Origin: Candidatus Poribacteria bacterium
GTDB taxonomy: Bacteria > Poribacteria > WGA-4E > JAJDTR01
Reading direction: 5' to 3'
NCBI GenBank assembly: GCA_965222225.1
Contig: CBDCTK010000002.1
Span: 2,464,001-2,528,000, forward strand
DNA length: 64,000 nucleotides
Both the position numbers and the translations under genes were made by a program. Below, one piece after another: positions 51,002-59,866 of the stretch. Position 1 is the first letter of the stretch; each line of letters starts with the position of its first letter. The notes under the pieces were generated by a model that saw only the letters and a list, made by a program, of their open reading frames with translations, did no database searches and was not told where the DNA came from.

Positions 51002-51036
51002 TCAAGGGAGCGAATAGCGACTGCGATAGAGATCCC
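51002..51036 (-). mobile_element. 35-bp micro-element
   Basis: Reverse complement GGGATCTCTATCGCAGTCGCTATTCGCTCCCTTGA. Confidence 0.8.
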
Positions 51037-51116
51037 TTGTGCTACAAAGGTATGACTTGCCCCATCCCTAAAGGTGTTTCAGAGGCTTTGTAACAACCAG
51101 TAATTCTGATAATGCT

Positions 51117-52193
51117 CTATAGTAATTTTGAGAATCCTTCTTTTACTGTTGCCTTAGTCGTAAGGTCAACAAATATGAAGTTTTTGCACAAGGGTTTAAA
51201 AAGTGGAACTTCGTCAATAAATTTTCTGTGCCACTTATCCCCAGATACAAATGTAATACCCTTGTGATACGTATAAAGCAAGTATTCAGCATCTCTAAGG
51301 ACGTTTTGGGGCGCTGCATTTTCGGAATTCTCACGAAGGTAGAGCTGAATTGTGTAAATCCATATCGCTGCTCTGAGTGCGTATGGTGCGAATCTATTGA
51401 TAGGCGGCATATCTTCCTTCAGAAACCTGTTAAAGATCTGGGTATGTTCTTCTGGCGTAAGTATAGGATCGAATAGCCTACCTAGCCGCTGTAATTTATC
51501 ATATGCAGCACTGCGATCGCTCGAATCATGGTTGAGTAGGCTTGCAGCTACTTGATTTGCGTTTTCCAGAGAATCTGCCTTATATGTATCAAAGAGTGTT
51601 TTGATGGATGTTTGGAAGAGTTGTTTGCCTTCCCGCAGAAAGCCTTCGGTTTCTACTTTTTTTAGAATGCGTTCTATCTCTGGATAATACGTTTGGTTTG
51701 CTCTCAGGACCTCTTTTAACCTGTTCACCCACTCTTTTTCAGAAAGATTGTCTGTATTTTTAAACAAACCCAACAATCCTTCTTTCAACGGATTGATTAT
51801 AGAGTCCAGATTTCTATAAAACTCTTCGCTTTCTTTCAGCATCTCTATGGTTTCACTTGAAGCTTCCTTGAACTCCAAAAGTTCTTGTTCCGAGCATTCG
51901 CGAACTGACTTCATTGCGTTTGCACTTCCGATAGGTAAGGGTTTAGCGGATTCCTCTGTAAGCAAGTCCATTTTTGCGTATTCCGACCAATGGGGAATCC
52001 AGATGATATTTTCTAGATTGAGGAGAGCATTATGCCTTTTTAGCCCATGTCTAGCAACTTCAGTGAATAGGATTGATGGACAAAGGATTGTGTATCTGGA
52101 AACTAATGCCTCACGTTGTTCACGATCTAAGGACATCCAAAATGATTTGTCCGGTAGCAAGAGGTTGCTCTGATTGTTCATCGTCATGTGCAT
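51117..52193 (-). CDS. AT-rich hypothetical protein, possibly a PIN-like fold with a large helical insertion
   Basis: N-terminal LLPDKSF and C-terminal RDAEYL...FVSGDK acidic motifs. Confidence 0.5.
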   Translation of the reverse strand: MHMTMNNQSNLLLPDKSFWMSLDREQREALVSRYTILCPSILFTEVARHGLKRHNALLNLENIIWIPHWSEYAKMDLLTEESAKPLPIGSANAMKSVRECSEQELLEFKEASSETIEMLKESEEFYRNLDSIINPLKEGLLGLFKNTDNLSEKEWVNRLKEVLRANQTYYPEIERILKKVETEGFLREGKQLFQTSIKTLFDTYKADSLENANQVAASLLNHDSSDRSAAYDKLQRLGRLFDPILTPEEHTQIFNRFLKEDMPPINRFAPYALRAAIWIYTIQLYLRENSENAAPQNVLRDAEYLLYTYHKGITFVSGDKWHRKFIDEVPLFKPLCKNFIFVDLTTKATVKEGFSKLL

Positions 52194-52214
52194 CTCCGTT
52201 TATTTGACTCCGTT

Positions 52215-52415
52215 CTAATTTGCTTCGGCATCCTCCCCCTCCCTTTTGTCCTGTTCAGCAAACAGTGCATCCGCAATTTCCGTGAGCGCCTCATCTGTTA
52301 TAGGTGAGAAATTCAACAGAGCCACCTGCTTTATGATTTCAGAGGTTATCGCATGTTTTTCAATCCGAGGGAGTTGGTTGAATGCTTCCAATATGTTTTG
52401 TGGGGTTGCGTGCAC
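52215..52415 (-). CDS. small acidic antitoxin-like protein
   Basis: 66 aa, GGAGG RBS, ILEAFNQLP...TDEALTEIADALF. Confidence 0.5.
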   Translation of the reverse strand: MHATPQNILEAFNQLPRIEKHAITSEIIKQVALLNFSPITDEALTEIADALFAEQDKREGEDAEAN

Positions 52416-53038
52416 TGGGACCTCCGTGTAGCAAGAGCGTAAAGTTTATGCGAATTATACACGATGCCTTGACGAAATTTAAGGTTTCTCTACATTCCAA
52501 TAGAGCCATCTAATTTTTGGTTCCCTGTCGGTGGTCTAGTGTGAGTCGCGATTCAGCGACCGCGCCGAAGGTTCAACCGATTTAACTTCACCATTAAGTC
52601 AAATTATGGCTAAGAAGTCGCGACCTAGAGCTCGCTCCTACAGAGGACGGGAAATGAACTGCGATACTACAAACCGCACAACGTAAGCCCCGAACGTATA
52701 ATTCTTAGTTTCAATGACTATAGAAATGTACTGCCATCGGAAATTTAGACCATTATCTTAAACAAGATTATGATACAATTTCCAATCGGATTGAAAGGAG
52801 ATTCCGATGGCTAAACGAAGGAAATTCACGCCCCAATTTAAGGCTGAAATTGCTATTGAAGCACTTACCGGTCAAAGTTCACAAGCGGAACTTTGTCGGC
52901 GGCATAACCTCAGCCAAGAGCAACTATCAAAGTGGAAACACCAACTTCTTGACAACGCGGCGACTCTCTTTGAATCCACTGACAAGCAATCTAACGACCA
53001 TAGGGAACGGATTGCTCAACTGGAGCAACTCGTTGGGA

Positions 53039-53073
53039 TCAAACGAACGAATAGTGAGTGCGATAGAGATCCC
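53039..53073 (-). mobile_element. 35-bp micro-element in IS3 orfA
   Basis: Removing it restores LEQLVGILSLALDIQKKASTLLN-stop. Confidence 0.9.
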
Positions 53074-53457
53074 TATTGAGCTTGGCGTTAGACATCCAAA
53101 AAAAAGCCTCGACTTTGCTCAATTGAATTGGTCTCAAAAACGACAGATGGTTGAAGCTTTGCACACCGATTACCCGGTTCGACACATTTGTGATGTACTC
53201 GGCTTCAATCGGAGCAGTCTGTATTATCAACCGAGGCACGACCCCATTGAACTTGAGCTACGAGACGAAATTGAGAAACTGGCAGCCCGTTATCCGAAAT
53301 ATGGCTATAGGCGTATCACCCAGCTACTGTTGCGAATGGGGTACTCTGTCGGTTATCGACGCGTTGCTCGATTGATGAAAGCAGAGAATCTTTCGGCAGC
53401 CGTAAAACGTACTTGTCAAACTACCAAATCGTTTGACGGCTGCGGTCAATGGGGGAA

Positions 53458-53492
53458 GGGAACTCTATCGCCCTCCTTATTCAGTCGGTTGA
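53458..53492 (+). mobile_element. 35-bp micro-element in IS3 orfB
   Basis: Removing it restores GQWGNRLENLDI and joins ORFs 52850-53593 and 53449-53997. Confidence 0.9.
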
Positions 53493-54071
53493 TCGGCTTG
53501 AGAACCTTGACATCTGTCGTCGAAATCAGGTTTGGGTCGGTGATATTACCTATGTCCGACTCAAAGAGCAATTCGTCTATGTTTCGGTGTTAATGGACGT
53601 GTTCACCCGAATGATAAGAGGTTGGCGACTGAGTCGGCACTTGACAGAACCTCTCACATTGAGACCGTTGCAACAGGCATTAAGCCAAAGCGTTCCGGAA
53701 ATTCACCATAGTGACCAAGGGGTTCAGTACCTTTCGAACGCTTATATCTCCACTCTCATTGGTCATGGAGTTGAGATTTCCTTAGCTCATAGGGGGCGTC
53801 CTTGGGAGAACGGTTATGCCGAAAGGCTTATCCGAACCCTCAAGGAAGAAGAAGTCCACCTCAACGAATACAATGATATAATGGATGCCAGAGAGCGAGT
53901 CGGTCATTTTATTGTAAAAGTCTATAACCAGAAACGATCTCACTCGGCGTTAGGCTATTTGACGCCGGTTGAATTTGAGCAACAATACTTGTCTTAACTT
54001 TGCTTATTTGTGGTCTAAATTAGCGTTGGCACTTCAAAAAGATTATGACGCGTTCCGCGAAGCAGTAGAAG

Positions 54072-56010
54072 ATGAATAGGGCGAACAGGATGTCCCCCGG
54101 CATTACCTGGAAATCCATAGCTATAACGATCGCCTTAATTCCATTCAACTTCTATTGGATAATTGCTGGTGAAGTGGGACTTGTCGGATATGCTCTGAAC
54201 ACCTACGCTGTCCCATTCTACAATGTCATATTTTCTGTATTTGTGCTCGTGCTTCTGAGAGTTATCGTAAAAGGGACTCTCGGCGTTTCCATCCTTGACA
54301 ATGCGGAACTGCTTACCATCTACATCCTATTGAGCGTAGCCTGTGCCCTCCCCTCAATAACTTTCATGACGCTCTTGGTTACGAGCGTAGGTCACGCTTT
54401 CTGGTATGCAACTCCGGAGAACGAGTGGCAGCAACTGTTCTGGAACTATCTCCCCGACTGGCTTGTCGTTAAGAACAGGAGCGTTCTGGGCGGTTATTAT
54501 GAGGGAGAGTCAACCTTATACACGCTTTCTCATGTCAAGGCTTGGCTACAGCCGGCAGCATACTGGACGATATTCACCACTTGCCTCATATTCGTGATGT
54601 TGTGTATAAACTCGATCTTGAGGAAGCGATGGATCGAGCGCGATCATCTGGCTTATCCTGTCACACAGATCGCCTATCAATTAGCCTGCAACACCAACAG
54701 GCTCTTCTCCAGCAAGATGCTCTGGATGGGGTTTGCGGTAGCCGCCTCGATAGCTATCATTAACGGGTTGAGCTTTCTGTTTCCCGCCATACCCACCATC
54801 CCAGTAAAACGAGCCGGCAGTTGGCACGGCATCGGTCATCTATTTACAGAAAAACCGTGGAATGCCATCGGCCACATCAGCTTCTCATTCTACCCGTTTG
54901 TCATCGGTCTCGGTTTCCTTATGCCTCTGGATCTTGCATTCAGCAGTTGGCTCTTCTTTCTATTCTACAAGGCGGAGCTGATACTCACCAGCGCTCTGGG
55001 CATAAACATACCCGGATTTCCGTATCACAATGAGCAATGCTTCGGAGCGGCAGTAGGTATATGCCTGACACTTCTAATCTACAGTAGGAAATATGTATTC
55101 GGCGTTTTTAAGGCAGCGTTTACGAATAGCCCCATGGATGATGAAGACGAACCTGTGGGATACAGATTTGCCATAGTGGGCATCATTCTGGGATTCGCTT
55201 TTCTCGTTATGTTTTCTCTAAAGATTGGGATGTCTCCCTGGCTCATTCCCATATTCTTTGCCATCTACTTTGTCATATTACTCGTGATAACCAGAATGCG
55301 CGCCGAGCTGGGTTTCCCTGTTCACGCCATGGAAAATATGCCAACTTACGGCATCTTGACAGGTTTAATCGGGACGCGAACTCTCGGGGCAAACAATCTC
55401 GTAGCGCTATCACTTTATAAGTGGTTCAACAGAAGTTTTACCAGCAATTCGATGCCGCATCAGATGGAGGGGTTTAAACTGGCTGACAGGTCGGGGATCA
55501 ACACTAGAAGGTTGTTTTTTTCTATCATAGGAATAACAACTCTAGGTTCAGTCACCGTGTTCTGGGTCATACTCCATTCATTCTATAAAGTCGGTGCGGT
55601 ATCGGGGGGGCGGAGGCGGTTGGTCCCTGCATTTTGGATGGTATGTATATGACGGGCTAAAGAACTGGCTTTATTCCTCGACGGAACCCAACTATTACGC
55701 TGTGGGGGGAATGACTTTCGGTTTGCTGTTCTCGCTTATACTGACGTTCATGAGGTCAAGGTTCCCTTTCTGGCCGTTCCACCCCATCGCTTTTGTGATA
55801 TCCGGTGATTGGGGCATGAAATACTTATGGAGTTGCATGTTGGTCAGTTCTGTCGTAAAATGGATGGTGCTGAAGCTTGGAGGGCGAAGAGCATCGCAGC
55901 AGCTTGTCATCTTTGCCATCGGTCTTATGCTTGGCGATTTCATCATAGGCGGTTTATGGAGCCTGCTTGGAGTATTCACAAAGACGCCAATGTATAACTT
56001 CTGGCCATAG
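54072..56010 (+). CDS. DUF6785/DUF6784-like polytopic membrane protein with a +1 frameshift
   Basis: Full-length paralogue of 20947-22896; one extra G in the G7 run at 55604-55610. Confidence 0.8.
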
Positions 56011-56210
56011 AATTGACCCCGATCATTTCTATGAAGTCCGGCTGCGAGGATTGTCTTCTTTGTAATTCCTGTAGCGCCCATTCACCCACGAATGTGCATA
56101 GTACCCTGATTTTGATGTGGCAAAATTCTGGATGAAAGGGTTTTGCAGAAAAAATCGCGGTAAAGTTTTTATGCCGAATTGTATCTACCTGAAATCGGGA
56201 GATGGTATTT

Positions 56211-57601
56211 ATGCCTAAAACAGATGCGCACCCCAATTTGCTTATCATAATGGCCGATCAGCATGCGCCCATGTTCAGCGGTCCGTACGGACATTCTGTG
56301 GTTCGAACCCCCCTATGGATAGATTGGCGTCAGAGGGGGTTGTCTTCGATGCTGCCTATTGCAACTCGCCTCTTTGCGTCCCGTCGCGAATGTCGTTCAT
56401 GACAGGACGTCACATTCAGCACATCGGAATCTGGGACAACGGCGTGCCGCTTGCCGTGGAGGCGGCGACTTGGGCGCACGCGGTGAGGACGCAGGGCTAT
56501 GATGCCGTTCTCGCAGGCAAGCAGCATTTCAGAGGTCCCGACCGGCTCCACGGCTTTCGTGCGCAGATCTCGCCGGACATTAATGCCGAAAACAAGCCGA
56601 TGATTCCGGACTGGTCGCAGGAACTCCAGAACCGCGCGCCTATCAGGGAGATACGCACGGGGGCCGGGTTGAGCGAGGAGGTGGTGGCAGATGACGAGGT
56701 GGAAGCCGCCGCATTAGCCTATCTGCGTCATCCGGATCGCCAATCGGGGTCCTGGGCACTGAACGTCGGGTTTGTGGCGCCGCACCCGCCCTGGACTGTT
56801 CCGCGGCGATTCTTCGATATGTACCCACCGGATGAGGTGGATATGCCGGTGATTCCGCCGGGTCACCTTGAGGGGCAACACCCTGTCCACCAACGAATGC
56901 GGCGATGGCGAGGTCTACCGGAGGGACCGCTTCCGAAGGAAGCGGTTCGCCGCGCGCGCTCTGCTTACTACGGCTTGGTGACCTATCTGGACGAGAAGGT
57001 TGGCAGGCTGCTCGACGCCTTGGATGAGACAGGGCTGCGCGAGCGCACAGTGGTAGTTTACACAAGCGACCACGGCGAATTGTTGGGTGAACACGGGATG
57101 TGGTATAAATGCAGTTTGTATGAGCAGTCTGTCCGCATCCCCCTGATTATTTCATGGCCTGGCAATCTGCCCCGTCGCCGCGTGAAGAAGCCCGTCTCAT
57201 CGGTCGACCTGTCGGCGACAATTGTGGAACTTGCCGGTTCGCCGCGGCTGGACTGGATGGACGGTGACAGCCTACTGAGCCTGGCGAAGGGAGAATCGCG
57301 GGGATGGAAGAACGAGGCAATCTCTGAATACCATGCGATTGGTGTGACTCGGCCGCTGGCTATGATTCGGCAGGGTCGGTTCAAGCTCAATTACAGCCTC
57401 GGCGAACGCGCCGAGCTTTACGACCTCCAAGATGATCTGGGTGAATTCAACGACCTGGGTGAGAATCCTGCCTATGGGGACATTCGTGAGACACTGGAGA
57501 CGCGGCTGCTATCTCAATGGAATCCCAACCGGCTGGATGAGGAGGTTCGGCAAAGCCAGCGCGAGCGCCGACTGATTTTCGATTTCTTGTTTGATTGGTG
57601 A
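56211..57601 (+). CDS. choline-sulfatase-like S1 sulfatase with a frameshift near the N-terminus
   Basis: PNLLIIMADQH and CVPSRMSFMTG are in different frames; the shift is at the C6 run 56308-56313. Confidence 0.8.
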
Positions 57602-57712
57602 AGATTTTGTCCTGATTGCCGCCTTCAGGATTTCGGACGGCGCCGACCGATTTTCCCGGATGCGTGGGCTTGGATTGCACCGAAGATCGAGTTGTGCGGT
57701 TTGTAGTAGTGA

Positions 57713-57764
57713 TCGCCCCAGTGGATAGCGAAGGTGATAGAAGATCTCAGTGCGATAGCGATTT
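57713..57764 (-). mobile_element. degenerate 36-bp micro-element (57713-57748) plus an adjacent half copy
   Basis: Reverse complement GAGATCTTCTATCACCTTCGCTATCCACTGGGGCGA followed by TC. Confidence 0.65.
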
Positions 57765-57784
57765 TCGTCTGCTCACGAAAAGAA

Positions 57785-57809
57785 GTCGCGACCTAGAGAT
57801 CGCTCCTAC
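57785..57809 (-). repeat. GTAG-type REP-like palindrome (relatives at 3098-3122, 5616-5640, 52617-52641)
   Basis: GTCGCGACCTAGAGATCGCTCCTAC; reads GTAG + hairpin on the minus strand. Confidence 0.65.
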
Positions 57810-57909
57810 AATCGGTTTGTAGTTACAATTTTCAATCGTCAAATCAAGCATTTCCGTTCTTTAGTAATAACACACGCCACATTGTGGCATCTAGCGAAGG
57901 AGGAACAGT

Positions 57910-58968
57910 GTGATGGGAAAAACGTACCGAGTCGGAGTCGTGGGCTGCGGAGGCATGGGACGCAACCATTCACGCGCCTGGACAGATCATCCGTCGGCTG
58001 AGCTTGTCGCGGCGGCGGATATCAACGAACAGATGGCGCAGAAGGTTGCCGAGGAGTTTTCAATTCCCACAATCTATGCCGACTATAACGAGATGTTTAG
58101 AAATGCGGAGCTCGATATTGTCAGCATTCCGACATGGCAGGGGGTTCGTGCGGAAATCACCATCGCGGCAGCGAACGCGGGAATCAAAGGCATCATTGGT
58201 GAAAAACCGATGGCGGCGTCTTTGGGAGAAGCCGATGACATGATTGAGGCGTGCGAACGCAATGGGGCGAAACTCGTCATCGGACATCAATCCCGATTCA
58301 CGCCGGCAAGGACCGAAATCCGGCGACTCGTGGCTGACGGCGCCATTGGTCAACCAACGATGGTTTACGATCGGACAAAGCCGCGGGCGGGATTGCTCAA
58401 CATAGGCACGCATGTCATTGATAGGTGGCGCTACATTCTATCCGATCCGGAGACGCTTTGGGTGATTGGGCAAACGTCGCGCACCACCGATCGATGGGAG
58501 CGCCGCAGCCGCTGCGAGGATTTGTGCATGGGTTTGATCTGCTTTGAGGGCGGCACTAGGGGTCTATACGAGAGTGACTTGCCCGAGCCGATCGTGCCGA
58601 TATCTCTCATATCCGGCACCGAGGGTCAAATCACAGAGGGCGGGGACGGCGAGATTCTGCTTCAGAACGAGAAGGAGAGCGGTTGGCAAACAATTCAACC
58701 GCCCCCGGAGGAGACCAACCAGTACCAGGAATTGACGGATTGGATGGAGGGCAAGGTTCACGAGCACCGGAGCAGTGGTCGGCAGGCGCGGTATACCATG
58801 GAAATCCTGATGGCGATATACGAGTCGCTTCGAATCAAGAACGTGGTCACCATGCCGCTCGAGACCAGAGAATCACCGCTGGAGTTAATGGTGGCTGACG
58901 GCACATTGCCGATTCTCGAGGAGGGGCGTTACGATATTCGCAAGCCATTCCCAGATCAACAGACATGA
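57910..58968 (+). CDS. Gfo/Idh/MocA family oxidoreductase
   Basis: GVVGCGGMG, EKPMA, GHQSRF, GTH.ID; AGGAGG RBS. Confidence 0.92.
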   Translation: MMGKTYRVGVVGCGGMGRNHSRAWTDHPSAELVAAADINEQMAQKVAEEFSIPTIYADYNEMFRNAELDIVSIPTWQGVRAEITIAAANAGIKGIIGEKPMAASLGEADDMIEACERNGAKLVIGHQSRFTPARTEIRRLVADGAIGQPTMVYDRTKPRAGLLNIGTHVIDRWRYILSDPETLWVIGQTSRTTDRWERRSRCEDLCMGLICFEGGTRGLYESDLPEPIVPISLISGTEGQITEGGDGEILLQNEKESGWQTIQPPPEETNQYQELTDWMEGKVHEHRSSGRQARYTMEILMAIYESLRIKNVVTMPLETRESPLELMVADGTLPILEEGRYDIRKPFPDQQT

Positions 58969-59280
58969 CCTCAGTCCGTTTGACACGCCCCGGAAAAGTG
59001 CGTTTTCCAGCGCTTGAGAGTACGTCGTCTCATATATCGGCGCAATCTCAAAAACTCGATAGCAAATTAGCGAAAGATAGGTATCAACCGACCTGTTGGA
59101 GAGAATTGCGTGTCTCGATGTTAGGAAAATGCGTTGGGAGCGTTGCCGCCTTTTCTTTCCCATTGGAAAGAAAAAAGTTGCGTCATACAATCGGAAGCGG
59201 TTACAATAGGCTCAGTGGCTAGTTTTCTCGCTACAATACTAACCTTTCATTTTAGGAAAAAAATGAAAATGATAGAGGTT

Positions 59281-59621
59281 ATGAGATACAATCTTACTCT
59301 AGTATTTGAGCCTGACCCCGATGGGGCTATGTTGTTAACTGTGAGGAACTTCCAGAACTTATAACTGAAGGCGACACATCAGATGAGGCATTTGCAAATG
59401 CAAAAGACGCCTTTGAAACCATATTTGATGCGTACGAGAGAATAGGGCGTGAACTTCCAGAGTCAATTATTAGTGTTCATAGAGTAAAAAGTAAAGAGGT
59501 ATGGATAAATCCAGCTACAAACACAACGGCGTCTATTCCCAACCACGGCTCGAAGGACTTGAAAATGGGAACAATTAAGTCAATCGAAAGAGAATTAAAG
59601 GTTGACTTAGATAGTGTGTAA
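59281..59621 (+). pseudogene. HicB-like domain fused in frame to a truncated HicA-like domain; one frameshift
   Basis: YVVNCEELPELITEGDTSDEAFANAKDA (HicB) runs into EVWINPATNTTASIPNHGSKDLKMGTIKSI (HicA); the shift is at the G4 run 59323-59326. Confidence 0.7.
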
Positions 59622-59637
59622 TGTGACAACATAAATT

Positions 59638-59669
59638 AGGCGGAGCGATAAACTTGCTTCGCCTTTTTT
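59638..59669 (+). terminator. intrinsic terminator
   Basis: AGGCGGAGCGA-TAAAC-TTGCTTCGCCT stem followed by a T run. Confidence 0.75.
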
Positions 59670-59866
59670 GTATCTAATTGAAAAAACCACAAATTTCCTC
59701 AGTTTCGATTGTGAACACTACTTAAAGCGGTGGTGCATGTCTAAAATCTTGTAAGGAGCAACTTAGGTTGTCTATTAAACACGTGGAGGCAACATTGTGA
59801 ACCCCGTCCAACGTTATGAACCGATTCGTCCTATCCTGAATACCGAAAAGACTGCAAAGGATCCCA

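Larger units (their letters stand above)
52727..54036 (+). mobile_element. IS3-family insertion sequence (orfA/orfB), inactivated by two 35-bp insertions
   Basis: TG...CA ends, imperfect TIR (TGTACTGCCATCGGAAATTTAGACCA / TGAAGTGCCAACGCTAATTTAGACCA), AAA duplication, HTH orfA from 52807, A8G slip site 53098-53106, WVGDITY/HHSDQG/ENGYAER DDE domain. Confidence 0.93.

Noticed and set aside
3223-57764. 35-36 bp repeats as a CRISPR array
   Set aside because: The length fits, but copies are dispersed, nested, in both orientations and non-identical, with no regular spacers and no cas genes.
59050-59110. Partial micro-element-like words (CGATAGCAAAT, ATCAACCGACC); similar near 1425-1448
   Set aside because: Order and spacing do not fit the consensus, so they were not counted.
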